Source: Camelus dromedarius (Eukaryota). From it: a stretch of DNA of 64,000 nt. The notes beneath the pieces were generated by a model that did not search any database, was not told the DNA's origin, and saw nothing but the letters and a program-made list of their open reading frames with translations. Position numbers and translations under genes: made by a program. Positions 12,073-25,465 of the stretch are shown piece by piece; the stretch's first letter is position 1; the number at the start of each line of letters is the position of its first letter. The stretch lies in assembly GCF_036321535.1 (NCBI RefSeq), contig NC_087437.1:94862001-94926000 (forward strand), written 5' to 3'.

Positions 12073-13920
12073 GTTATTGAAGTATAGTTGATTTACAACG
12101 TTGTGTTAATTTCAGATGTACAGCAGAATGATTCAATTATATGTGTGTGTATGTGTATATATTCTTTTTTCAGATTATTTTCCATTATATGTTATTATAA
12201 GATATTGAATATAGTTCCCTGTGCTATATAGTAGGTACTTGTTGTTTATCTATTTATATATAGTAAGGTGTATCTGTGCATCCCAGACTCCTAATTTATC
12301 CCTTCCTTTCCCCTTGGTAACTGTAAATTTGTTCATTTGTTTTCTGTGTCTGTGGGTCTGCTTCTGTTTTGTAAATAAGTTAATTTGTATCATTTTTTGG
12401 ATTCCACATATAAGTGATATCATATGATACTTGTCTTTCTCTTTCTGACTTACTTCATTTAGTATGATCATCTCTAGGTACATATATGTTGCTGCAAATA
12501 GCATTATTTCATTCTTTTTATGGCTGAGTAATATTCCATTACACACACACACACATATATACACATACACACACATATATATAGAGCATGTCTTTATCCA
12601 GTCATCTGTTGGTGGACATTTAGGTCACTTTCATGTCTTGGCTGTTGTAAATAGTGCTGCTATGAACATTGGGGTGCATGTACCTTTTCAAATTAGAGTT
12701 TCCATCTTTTCTGGATATATGCATAGAAGTGGGATTGCTGAATCATATGGTAACTCTATTTTTAGTTTTTTAAGGAACCTCCTTACTGTTCTCCATAGTG
12801 GCTCCACCAACTTACCTTCCCGCCAACAGTGGGAATCCTCTGTTGGTAAGAGGGTCCCCTTTTCTCCACACCCTCTTCAGCCTTTATTACTTACAGACTT
12901 TTTGGTGATGGCCATTCTGACCTGTGTGAGTTGATACTGCAGTATAGGTTTGATTTGCATTTGTCTAATAATTAGCAATGTGGAGCATCTTTTCATGTGC
13001 CTGTTAACCATCTGTATATCTTCTCTGGAGAAATGTCTATTTAGGTCTTTTGCCCATTTTTTGTTTGGGTTGTTTGTTTGTTTGTTTTGATACTGAGTTG
13101 TATGAGCTGTTTGTATATTTTGGAAATTAATCCCTTGTCAGTTGTGTTGTTTGCAAATGTTTTCTCCCAGTTCGTAGGTTGTCTTTTCATTTTGTTTATG
13201 GCTTCCTTTGCTGTGTAAAAGCTTATATGTTTGATTAGGCCCTATATGTTTATTTTTGCTTTTATTTCTTTTGCCTTGGGAGACCGACCTAAGAAAACAT
13301 TGCTACTATTTACAGCAAAGAATATTTTGCCTATGTTCTCTTCTAGGAATTTTATGGTGTCATGTCTTATGTTTAAGTCTTTATGCCATTTTGAGTTTAT
13401 TTTTGTGTATGGTAGATGGAGTATTTTAACTTCATTGATTTACATGCAGCTGTCCAGCTTTCCCAACACCACTTGCTGAAGAGACATTCTTTTCTCCATT
13501 GTATGTTCTTGCCTCCTTTGTCGAAGATCAATTATCTGTAGGTGTGTGGGTTTATTTCTGGGCTCTCTATTCTGTTTCATTGATCCATATGTCTGTTTTT
13601 GTGCCAGTACCCTTACTGTTTTGATTACTGTAGCTTTGAAGTATTGTCTAAAATTGGGGAGGCTATGCCTCCAGCTTTGTTCTTTTTCCTCAGAATTTCC
13701 TTGTCAATTTTAAGTCCTTTGCAGTTCCATGTAAATTTCAGGATTATCTGTCACATAAATTTTAGGACTATTTGTTCTAGTTCTGCGAAAATGTTCAGGG
13801 TAATTTGATAGGGATTGCATTAAATCTGTAGATTGCTTTTGGTATTATGGTCATTTTAACAATATTAATTCTTCCAGTCCAAGTGCATGGGATATCTTTC
13901 CATTTCTTTAAATCCAGACT
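12073..13920 (-). mobile_element. 5'-truncated L1 (artiodactyl-type), ORF2 3' part plus 3'UTR
   Basis: Minus-strand translation contains [39 protein letters not shown] (ORF2p C-terminus); TSD tactatattt at 12063-12072 and 13921-13930. Confidence 0.95.
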
Positions 13921-14010
13921 TACTATATTTCAACCAATGTTCAGAAACTGGAGATACCAACAATGAACAAGAAGCTGTCATATTAAAAACTTTTTAGTTA
14001 TTGAGGACTC

Positions 14011-14088
14011 ATCTATATATATATATTATATATATATATATATTTATCATTATTATATATTATATATATTATATATATAAATATAATT
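14011..14088. repeat. Degenerate (TA)n low-complexity tract
   Basis: Direct reading. Confidence 0.9.
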
Positions 14089-14359
14089 GCAGTTAAAGAG
14101 AGTGAATAATACACAATTCTATTAAGAGGGCTTATGCTCTAGACTTAAGGAATTATGGACAGTTTTATAGAAGTAGTGACATCTACACTGAGACCTGAAG
14201 GACAAATAAGAGTTATCCAAGCAAAAGAAGAAAAGTTGAAAGATAACATATTACTTGGAAGGGGAATAGCAGTTGTAAAGTTCCATAGACATTATATAGC
14301 ATACTCAACCAGGGTACTGAAAAAGATAATGATCGTTACATCATAATGACAACAAAACA

Positions 14360-14580
14360 ATACCTAGTATTTATGAATATTTATGAAATGATAAGTACTG
14401 TGGTTTGTTCTTTAAAAGCATTATCTCAAGTTATCCTCAACAGCCTTCTGAAAAAGATTATTTACTGATTTTTCAGTTGAAAAAAATGGGGACTAGGGTT
14501 ATTAATTATTTTCCCAATGTTACCATCCAGTAAAGAGGATGATTCAGCATTTTAAATTTGATCTGGCTGACTCCAAACCC
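14360..14580 (-). mobile_element. MIR
   Basis: cattatctcaagttatcctcaacagcc...gatctggctgactccaaa. Confidence 0.65.
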
Positions 14581-14629
14581 CAGAAGTGTTTCTGAGCACA
14601 AATGTTGATATAATGCCTAAGTGAGTTTT

Positions 14630-14805
14630 TTACTGCCTGAACTTGGACAAGTTTCTCCGTCTTTACATGCCTCAGTTTCCCCCATTAGTAAGTAGCATTT
14701 GTAATAGCACCTACCCATAGAATTGTGTGTTAAATGAGTTAATACATTGAAGTTGCTTAAAAGAATATGTGATATATGTAAGCACTATGAAAGCATTTGC
14801 TATTG
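14630..14805 (+). mobile_element. MIR
   Basis: acttggacaagtttc...tgcctcagtttcccc...taatagcacctacccatagaattgt...taaatgagttaatac. Confidence 0.8.
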
Positions 14806-15044
14806 TTTTATGTGTATTAAACCTTACAAATATGTTGTCTCTACTGACAAACCATAAAAATGGAAAGGTGACAGCGGCAAGTGAAAAGGCCAGGGCCAGT
14901 TGTAAAAATAGCAATTTTCCCACAAGGACAATGGAAGCCCATTGAGGTTTAAAACAAGAGAGTTAGAAATCAGTTAAGCACTTTTAAATATCATTTTGTC
15001 TTTGAACATAAAGCAGTTAGATGGTTTTTTACAAGAATCCAAGA

Positions 15045-15431
15045 TGTCTTAGCCTGCTTTGGCTGCTATAACAAAATTCCGTTGACTAGATAGCTTAAAT
15101 TACAGACATTTATTTCTCCAAGTTTGGGAGGCTGGGAAGTCCAATATTAGGGTGCCAGTATGATTGGGTTCTGTTGAAGACCCACTTTCTGGCCCACAAA
15201 TGGACCAAATTTATTCCTGAGTCCCCACTTTCAATCAGAGAAATTGAAAGCTCTGGTGTCTCCTCCTCATTTTATAAGGGCACCAAACCCATTATGGGAG
15301 CTTCAGCCCTATGACCTCATCTGAATCTAATTACGTGCCGAAAGCCATTCCTCCTAATAACATCACATTGGGGTTAAGTCTTCAACATATGAATCGAGAG
15401 GAAAGGGCACAAACATGCAATGCATAATACA
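15045..15431 (-). mobile_element. MaLR solo LTR (MLT1A-like), inserted in L2 sequence
   Basis: tgtcttagcctgctttggctgctataacaaaa...ggaggctgggaagtcca...catcacattggggttaagtcttcaacatatgaat; TG...CA ends. Confidence 0.85.
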
Positions 15432-18400
15432 GAGCTATGTTGATAATCACTGGAGCTGGGATATTAAGAAACAGAGAGACTAAACAAAGGATAGATTTGG
15501 TAGGTAGGGAACAGGAATCCATAACTGATTGAATTTGGGGAATGATGCAAGAAAGTTTGTAGAGTGCAATGTTTTTCTCACTAATATTTCAAAATTTAAA
15601 GGAAAGCATACATTTTATTTATCAATACATTGCTCTTATATTTAATGTTCAATCAAGAGTAATATTATAAATAGACTTTTCTCAATGATTTTCACATTTG
15701 CATGGAATGCCAATCTTTTCACATAATGTAATGGAGTGATCTTTAAAATATTAGATTATTAATGCTAGTATAATGCTAGTAGAATATTAACATTATTATT
15801 AATGTTATAATAATATATGACTCTATGTATGTTACTAATACAATATTTAAATGTTAAAGATTTTCTAAAAACAGACTATCTTCTTCTTTTAATAAATAAG
15901 CCTTTAAATTTTTTTTTAATGTTCCCTGTGTGCACTTGCAAGTTATTCTTCCAAGCAAAATGATGACATTCAGTTTCTTTCATTTAAATTCTTTTAGCTA
16001 TCACGGACTACATACAGCACAGATATGGTGACAGAATGCAGGTCTGTCAAATGTCTTTCCTGATGTTAAACGAGTCTTTCTTATTCTATCCTCTGCGGCC
16101 ATACAGATAATGCAGGAACTGAACAAGTATTCAATGCAAAGTATTTCCTGCAGATCCAGAGTCTTTATTCTGTTTTCATTTACCAAAAAAACCCAAAAAA
16201 ACAACGATAACAAAAAGTCATCCAGTTATCTAGAAACTTCAGCGCATGAACCATTTTATGTAGCAAATGCATAACATAACAAAAAACAAGTATGCAAAAG
16301 TGCTCCGTAAAATGCAAAGCATCATTGTCACGAGAGCTAAGGACTGACCTCTTAATACCAAAGATTTTTTAAAACTGTTTTTGAAGTTACCCTTTCAAAA
16401 TGTTTTCCCTATTTATTTTACATACACAAGAATGTGATGAACATAGCTGTTCAGTTAGCTCATGGTTAGTGGATTTCTCATGCTGCATTAGATGATTTGC
16501 CATTTCCTAGCCAGGCATTGCACAGCCACGGCTATTTGCTCTTGCACACATTCTTCTTTCTAAAACAAATTTTCTCACGCTTACCTACTCTCAAAATTTC
16601 ACCTTAATTGGCACTTCTCTGTAACACTGCTCAGAATGTGTTTTCTTATTATAAATACAGCATTTAGTCTTCCTTCTTTTATGTCATTTACTCCATTGTC
16701 TAGTGCGTCTAGACTCATGTTAGAAGAGTTAGGAAATTAGGGTACCAAGAAATGTCTAAGTATTTTTTAATCCTTAAATGGCGTTTTCTAATGTTCCTGC
16801 TTATTTTCTATCAATAGTTAACAAGAACAAGAAGCAAATAAGTATCTCTTTCCACAAACGCATTTTTACAAAATCAAATATGTCAAAACCAGTCCTTTCA
16901 TTCAGAACTATGTCATATGAGTTCAGCAGATGCTTCCTCATCTTTCTCCACAGACACAAAAAAATCACTAACCATGAGACTTCGTTGAATTTAATGATGA
17001 CTAATCCTTTTCTGTTTCCACTCATTACAATACTTTTCACTCCTTTACTTCACCTGCCTTGACCCTGTACATGATTGCTCCTCTGCTTTGCTTCATATAA
17101 ATGGCTCTGTTTCTCATCTTCCTACGGTTACAGCATTGACACTTCATTTTTAAAAATATCTTTTGTTTGATATTTGTGTTCACTCTCTACTTCCATTTTG
17201 TCTCATTCCTACAACCAGAGTAACCATTTAAATTTAATAAAAAGTTCTTAGAGTTGAAAGAAATGTAGAAAAATTTACATCAGTCACCCTCACTTCATGT
17301 ACTTCTGGACAAGATCTCTTTTCTTTTGCCGTAAAAAGTTTATGTGAATTACACAAGTAGCTGAGTTTTAACTAAAATTTTATAATGATAATGACAATAA
17401 AGCACTGGCAGTTGAATTCTCAAACCACAAAGAAAAATGTGTCATTAGATTAAAATCACATCCTAAAATATGTAGCTCATGGAAATATTATTTTAATTAA
17501 TTGGGCATTCAGGAAGACTGGGTAAAAATAAAAAATGATAGTTGGCTTTTAAACGTATACAGCTGTTGATCCAAATACACATCAAAAACTAAACCACTCA
17601 GACTGAGATAAACCATAATGAACACACTAAAGAAGGTGAAGCAACACATCTATCTACATGAGAGATAACTTGTAAAATTACACTTAAAGCCGGGTCAGCA
17701 TTATTATTAACGTGTAGGAGTCAACTTCCCTAGATGTCACAGAAGCATACTGGTTAAAAATTACACTGGTTTTAAGGGGCTACTTTAGTTATTTCTGTTC
17801 TTAGAAGTGTCTTGAGTCTTCCATTCATTAAAAAGGTTAAAAATAATAAATTACAAATTATCAACACTTGTGGGTATTTCAGTATTCTAGTGCTTTAAAT
17901 CTAATCAGCAAGAGTGATAGACAATAGCCCCAATTTGTGCCTGAATTTCTTACAAGGCACTCAAGGACTGAGTCATTCATTCATTCATTCATGCATTCCC
18001 CTTCTTCTGGATTATCACAACACCTCTATGAGAAAGATAAGTATGTGTTTACTAGTTTATCATACAGGAGTATGAAAGAGCAGCACAATTTAAGTGTACT
18101 GTTATCGACAGTCACACCACTGGAAAACAAGCTATCAAAATAAGGTTATTTAAAAGCATGGCGTCATCTAAGTAACTCAAACTCTGAGAGAGAGAAGCCC
18201 TATCTGAAGCATTGAAATAGCACAAATAGACTGAAATATTTCCTGGATCTGGATATCCCATAGTTGTATATTCAATATTCTTAAAACAAGAAGAGGTAAC
18301 CTGGAGAAACTATTAAATCGCCCTCTATGTTGCCAGTGGATGGTCCCAGAGGCACTTGACTTAGAACTATAGAGAGACATGTTAAAAAGTACGTCATGTA

Positions 18401-18689
18401 TTAGTGGCAAATCTCAAACCCTTCTCCTGTAAGGCTGAACCTCATTCATTATGTTGCATGTGTTAGAAGAGTGCCTATCCCATTTGCTCTTAATAACCCA
18501 TATAACTGAAAATTGGATGACTGCTGTGATCACTTGTTAGCTCACTAGCAGGTCTGGGGAATAACTCTGTATTACTTCCATGCCGTCAAAATTCTTTATT
18601 TCCAATCACTCTTTTGTCTCCATGCTCTTTATTTTGTGTGTGTGTGTTTTGGATTTATCTTTGGGGGATAGCCTTCCTCTCACCCCATC

Positions 18690-19080
18690 CTTCTCTTCCC
18701 TTTTCTCCAACTGGATAAAATCCTCCTCATCCTTCTGACACTAGCTGGATGCCACATTTTCTGAGAAAACGTCATCAGTTCTGTTGGAAAGATTCAGTCA
18801 CGTTTCTACAGTGTATCCTTACCCACTGCTCATTCTTGGTGCAGTCTGGCTTATACTGTGGTTGCTTGCATACATATATAGATTTGTATGCATGTGTAGT
18901 ACAAATGTTCTCTACACATATTGTATTCAAACACACATATTGCATATATATGTAGAAATTCTTGCAGGTAGAGGCTATGACTTTTCATCTTTAAGTCCTT
19001 AAGTCCACTATGCATTATCCAATATCTGGCATAAAATAGGCACTCAATAAGCTTTTATTTAATGAATAACTAAATAAATG
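18690..19080 (+). mobile_element. L2 3' fragment
   Basis: tggcataaaataggcactcaataa...aatgaataactaaataaatg tail. Confidence 0.65.
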
Positions 19081-19789
19081 TGCCAGTTAATTAATTAATT
19101 AATTAGCATGCTTAACATTCTAGAGATTAAAAAAAGATTTAATAATACTCTTCTCTCTGATATTTGGAGTTCATGATAAATAGGAAAGACATAAATTAAT
19201 AAATAAATCCTAATAATGGATCATATTCTGAATTTATGATAAAGGAGACATTAGCATCTAATTTGCTGTATAACTTTTCTAAATAAGGCTTTGGGGTTTC
19301 TGAAAAACAAAAGAAAAATTTCTAAATGCCATAGAATAAGTCAATCACTCAACAAGTGTTCATTGACCATAGGAACTCCAAGCAATTTTATGAACCTAAT
19401 TTCTACTTACATTTTTGTTGCCAATGGAAATTGTTGTAATGGAAACTCCACAAAATTGTCCTTGATTTCACGGATATCACTTATTGAAAACAGTTTTCAT
19501 TTTATGAGTCTTTATTTTTCATAATATAGTAACAAGTCCATTAAATATATTTTTACAGAACAAACTTTCAAAAAGTAAAAAAAAAAAATCTTGTGAAAAT
19601 GAAAGAACAGTGTGACACGATGACAATCAGACTTTCCCTGCTCTTGGCTCCAGTCCATATCAATTTCTGATCTGTAATATGCAATATATTTAATTAGTTT
19701 CACTTACATATTCTCCTTGCTCATTCCTTACAACATCACTCTACAATGTTGGGACAATTCTAACAATAGGATTAGTAAAATGATAATGA

Positions 19790-20035
19790 AAACATCTACC
19801 AATAACTGACTACTTATTGTGTGCCCAGCACTGTATTTAGAATTTTATGTACACTATCATTTTTTGTTCTCGCAACAGGCCTATGAAGTGGGTATTAATA
19901 TTATTCCCCCTTTAATGATGACATTGCTGATAACTGGAGAAGCCAAATAACCTGTCAAAGATCACATGACTAGCACTTGGTAAATCCAAGATGTTAAGCC
20001 TAAATCCATCTGACGTGTAATCACTACACTGATCT
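19790..20035 (-). mobile_element. MIR
   Basis: acttattgtgtgcccagcactg...cctatgaagtgggtatta...aagatcacatgactag. Confidence 0.75.
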
Positions 20036-21069
20036 GCTGTATCTGCAGGTAATATTAAAAGTGTTTTGGTGTGTTAACAGAAACCATAATAGCTGCTTTA
20101 TCATTGTATCCTGCTATTCTCTAACATAACACTGCCTTGCCTTCTAGGTCAGAATCTTCATAACTAGGGATGTCAAAATCACTTACTACTGAAGATATTG
20201 AACCTAGAAATTACTGAGGCAGAACAATTGTTTTCATCAAAAGAAAGATGGTACCCTTCCAATTTTGTTGGGTCACATAATTTGTCCTCATTTACTCAGA
20301 TGGTAACCAACTCCCCATATCTGTAAAGAATAAGATGCTCTTTTGTTTTCATCATTAGAGTGTAATTATAAAAGATTAAGTGCAGATTCATGAAGACAGA
20401 AGGACACAATTAAATGTGGATGCCACTTGGAATTGCACATAAGTGCACACTGTTCAGCAAATGCGCATTTACATGTCTACACACATGCCAATGTCCAACA
20501 CACAAGTACATGAGGAACTTGCCAAACTGAACAACTTTTGAGGATGAAAGCCAGACACTTGAGGACCTTCTAAGCTCCCCTGTGTATAAATATATTTTGT
20601 GTTGACAGTGGAGACCATATGATAGGATAAAAAGAAAATGTTCCATGCAGAAATCTGAAACTATTCTATTGTGATCCAATCTTCATGTAACTTCCACATC
20701 TAAAAAAAAAAAATGAGTTTTTGCATAATATCTGTGTGTAAGCTTACTTCCCACATGGAGAGTATGCTGTCCATTGCAAGCCATTCTATGACTGTGAGTA
20801 ACAATATAATGTTTGCTCAGAAAGAGGCATTTTAACAACAAATCATTATTGTAAAATATTGGTTCACCATAAGTAATAAAACAGCATTTAGGGGATGGAA
20901 GGACCAGTGGAAATTATCTTTACATACTTATTTTGTAGATTAGGAACCTGAAATCTGGAGAGATAGGGGACTTGCCCCATGACGGTCACCTAGATAAAGT
21001 CAGGTCTAGGAGTAGATTAAGATCCCAACTGTCCGTACCTACTCCAACATTTCTTCCTTCAAATTAGTA

Positions 21070-22782
21070 TTGATTTATGAGGAACTTGTGTTTTTAATAA
21101 ACCTACCTAGATCTCTTAGCAGCAGTGGACACAGTTGCCTTCTATTCTTTTGAAATTCTCTTTTCCCTTGGCTCTTGGCTTGTATAATTCCACATTCTCC
21201 TGGTTTTCTTCTTATGTCTCTGGCTAACTTCAACCTCATAGCCAGCTTCTCTTCTTTAGCAAACTGCAGTTTGGGATTCCCCAGAGATCAGTTCTGGGCA
21301 TCTTTCTTTCTTCCTTTGCACTTTATTGGGATTGATTCAATATTGATTATCCTCCCCTGTGAGCATGAGGATTGAGATTAGACTTGTATCCTAAAATCAG
21401 AAGAGGTTAGGGAACAATTTCTACTTTTTATCTTTTTTCTGAACATATTATCTTTCTCTGATAGAAAATCAAAGCTATATCCTTCGTGTATAGCGCAGGG
21501 TGACTATACCTGGCTTTTTTTTGAAGAACAGCAGAGGGTAGTACATGAGAGCATGGAATCTGGATCCAGACTGCCATGGTTCTAATCCTGGCCCCACACT
21601 TAACAGCTGGTGATTTTCGTGCCTCAGGTTTTCCACCTTTAAAATGAGGATAGGAGTAACTACTTCATAAAATCATTCTGAGCATCAAATTAGATAATTT
21701 ACGTAAAGTGCTTCAAATAGTGATTGGAAGAAAGTGTGCTTTGCATTAGTTATCACCATCATCACCATCATCATCACCATCTATATTCAAAGACTCAAAA
21801 TTTTGCATCCAATCCATACTCTCTCCTGAATGTCACATTTCATATGTAGCTGTCTACTTGAGGGATCTATTTTGTGTTTCATGAATAACTCAAACTTAGC
21901 ATGTCCCAAACCTTGCTATATCTATTCAGCTTTAAACTGCTTCCATAAACCTGCAACTCATTCATCTTCTCTGTTTCCGTAATATCACATCCAGCCACCA
22001 CCATGTGCAAGCCAGAACACCGGTAATCGTTCTTAAAACTTTTTTCTCCTCACCTCTTACAAAAAAACAGATATGTCTTGAATCCATCTATTTTTTTCTG
22101 TCTCTGTTGCCACCACAGTAGTCAAAGCAACATCGCCTCTTATCCTAAGGTAATATTCTGAATTCTAGGTGAACTTTTGCATACTATAATCCACCCTCCA
22201 GTAAATAGACAAAATGATCATTTTTTAAAAATATGGACAACTTGGTTTAAAACACTTAGGTGGCATTCTCTCACTTGTAAGTCAATGACAAAATTATTTA
22301 CCATGGCCTACATGATCGTGGATGTTCTAATAGACTCCTCTTTTAACTCATCTTGTCATTCATTATATCCCAACCACTAGCCTCTGAGAGTTCCTCGAAC
22401 ATGGGATTTGTCTTACCTATAGGGTTTTTAGACTTGCCATTCCCTCTGATGTTCTTTCACACTCACTACCTAACACATATCACCCTTGCCCTCCACGATG
22501 TTTCCTATGAATGACTCCTACTCACTCTTTATATCTCAGCTTGTACGTCATTTCCTTAGGGCAGCCTTCCCTGAAAAGCCCTTCATCCAGCAAAATTACC
22601 TCTATCCTTCTTTTCCTCCTATCACTTGTTACAATGATCAATTTCATGTAACCTGCGTGCTGATTTAATATCAGTCACCTCTAGAGTATAGAATCAATGG
22701 GAGCAGAAACCACACTATTTACCAACACTTAGTATCATTTCTGGCACATGATATGGACTCAGTGAATATCTATTAAATAAAT
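21070..22782 (+). mobile_element. Fragmented L2 (RT end to 3' tail), interrupted by a MIR
   Basis: ctcaaacttagcatgtcccaaa, ccatggcctacatgatc and terminal ctggcacatgatatggactcagtgaatatctattaaataaatga. Confidence 0.75.
21528..21755 (+). mobile_element. MIR
   Basis: gagagcatggaatctggatccagactgcc...gtgcctcaggttttccacctttaaaatgagga. Confidence 0.8.
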
Positions 22783-24640
22783 GAGCATAATTAGTGAGCA
22801 ACAAAATACTTTTTTAAATGTGTTGATAAGAAATACAATCCAAAGCCATAAAGCAGGATAAATGTTAGCGACAGAAATGACTTAGTTGATTTTGTCCAGC
22901 CATGAGGACATGTTCCTAAGTTTAACTTTTGGACAAATAATTTTTCAAGAGTCAAATCAGTTCCAGAAAGAGTACAATACCAACCTGTTAACATAAAATA
23001 GGGAAAGAGGGCAAATATTAAACAATCATAGGTTCCTTTGTTCTAGATAGTAAAACTGTTCTTTTATTTCCTTTAATAAAAGTGTCTTTCTCCAGAATGA
23101 AATGTATTATTGAGACCTCTTTAAAAATAAATTAGTTATCAACAAGTGAAGCTTTACTCAAATGTAAACTCTTGTTAATTCACAGAAATTTCTGCACCAA
23201 GAAATGTCAAAAGTAAAAGAATGAGACATTTCAGAGAATATAATCACTTAATTGTTGAATGTGCAAAAAAGGTCCCCTTTGATTTCTTCTTAGAAAAATT
23301 GAAGTACATTAATCAAAGCATGATACCTTTCATAACTGCTCCCATTAATCAAATTCCCCCCAGGAGGTGGGCCTATATGAAGCAAGGTGAGAGCATGGTT
23401 AGTTTGCACGTTAATTTCCAAGGGAAATTAGTAAATACATATCCTTATGCTCAGAATTCACTCACACAACATGTGTAGCATATTAATAATTTATAGTTTA
23501 TGTTAATGTTTTATTATCTGAAACCTTAATGTGGGCTTCACATAGTTAACTACCCACTACAAGCCTGTTCTCATTAGTGGAATATAATCTAAATAATACA
23601 AAAAGTGCTAGGAGCTTGTCTATCTTGTAATGAGTGATCTCATTTCCCCTTAAGAATCCATTCTCGTGTACACTCTAACCTTGATGTCACAGTGCATCTG
23701 ATAGTTGACACACAACATTATATTAGCTGCGAGTATACAACACGGTGATTTGACATTTATATACATTGCAAATTGATCACCATGATACGCCTAATAACCG
23801 TCTGTCACCACCCAAAGTTACTGCAATATTATTGACTATATACCCTATGCTGTCTGTTATATCCTCATGACAATTATTTCATAATTGGAACTTTGTACTT
23901 CTCAGTCCTCTTTCCCTGTTTCTTCCAACTCCTAATCCTTCTTCCCTCTGATGGACATCTGTTTGTTCTCTATACGTATGAGTGCATTTCTGTTTTGTTT
24001 TGATCATTTCTTTTGTTCTTTAGATTCCACATACATGTGAAACCATATAAACCATATGGTATGACATTTATCTTTCTCTGTCTGACTTATTTCACTTAGC
24101 ATAATACCACATAAGACCACCTATGTTGATGCAAATGGCAAGATTTCATCCTTTTTATGGTTGAGAAATAATCTATTGTATATGTACCACATCTTTATCC
24201 ATTCACCTGTTGATGGACACTTAGGTTGCTTTCAAATCTTGGCTGTTGGAAATAATACTGCAATGAACGTAGAGGTGCCTATATCTTTTTGAACTAGTGG
24301 TTTTGTTTTGTTTGGATAAATACCCAGAGTGGAACTGCTGGATTGTATGGTAGTTCTAGTCTTGATTTTTTGAGGAACTTCCATACTGTTTTCCGTAGTG
24401 GCTGTACTAATTTACATTTCTATCAACAGGGCATGAGGGTTCCCTTTTCTCCACATCCTTGCCAACACATTTTACTTCTTGTCCTTTTGATAGCAGCCAC
24501 TCTGACAGGTGTGATGAGATATTACATGTGGTTTTGATTTGCATTTTGATTTGACTGTAACGCTGAGCATCTTTTCATGTGTCTGTTGGCCATCCACATG
24601 TATTCCTTGTAAATATTTCTTAATTGAATTGTTTGTTTTA

Positions 24641-25465
24641 TTGAAGTATAGTCAGTTATAATGTGTCAATTTCTGGTATACAACATAATGTCCCAGTCAT
24701 GCATATATATACATAAATTTGTTTTCATATTCTTTTTCATTAAAGGTTATTACAAGGTATTGAATATAGTTTCCTGTGCTGTACACAGAAGAAATTTGTT
24801 TTTTATCTATTTATATATATAGTGGTTAACATTTGCAAATCTCAAACTCCCAAATTTACCCCTTCCCACTCCTCTTCCCCTCATAACCATAAGATTGTTC
24901 ACTGTGTCTGTGAATCTATTTCTGTTCTGTAGATAAATTCATTAGTGTCCTTTTTTTTTCTTTTTCCTTTTTTTTTAGATTCCACATGTGAGTGATATCA
25001 TATGGTATTTTTTCTTTCTCTTTCTGGCTTACTTCACATAGAATGATGATCTCTAGGTTCATCCATGTTGCTTCAAATGGCATTATTTTATTCTTTTTTA
25101 TGACTGAGTAGTATTCCATTCTATAAATACACCACACTTCTTTATCCAGTCATCTGTTGATGAACATTTAGATTGCTTTCCAATCCCCAAATGGGCAGAA
25201 GATCTAAACAAGCAATTCTCCAATGAAGACATACAAATGGCCAATAGACACATGAAAAAATACTCAATATCACTAATTATCAGAGAAATGCAAATCAGAA
25301 CTACAATAAGGTATCACAACATACCAGTCAGAATGACCATCATTAAAAAATCCACAAATAATAAATGCTGGCGAGGGTATGGAGAAAAGGGAACCCTCCT
25401 ACACTGCTGGTGGGAATGTAGTTTGGTGCAGTCATTACAGAAAACAGTATGGAGATTCCTCAAAA
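24641..25465 (-). mobile_element. Younger 5'-inverted L1 nested within the older L1
   Basis: Minus segment 24641-25182 (3'UTR to ORF2 end); plus segment 25179-25465 encoding [23 protein letters not shown]...[17 protein letters not shown] (ORF2p cysteine-rich region). Confidence 0.9.

Larger units (their letters stand above)
12000..14330 (-). mobile_element. L2 3' region split by an L1 insertion
   Basis: L2 tail (tcaatcattcgtttatt...tctactatattt) resumes after 13930 (caaccaatgttcagaaactggagataccaacaatgaacaag). Confidence 0.65.

Noticed and set aside
12221..13808. Cluster of ORFs including the 156-aa ORF at 12464-12934
   Set aside because: Sense or antisense translations of degenerate L1 ORF2 and 3'UTR.
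15760..15812. 11-bp tandem duplication and short AT-rich inverted repeat
   Set aside because: Ordinary slippage in AT-rich DNA; similar micro-duplications occur near 13731 and 51872.
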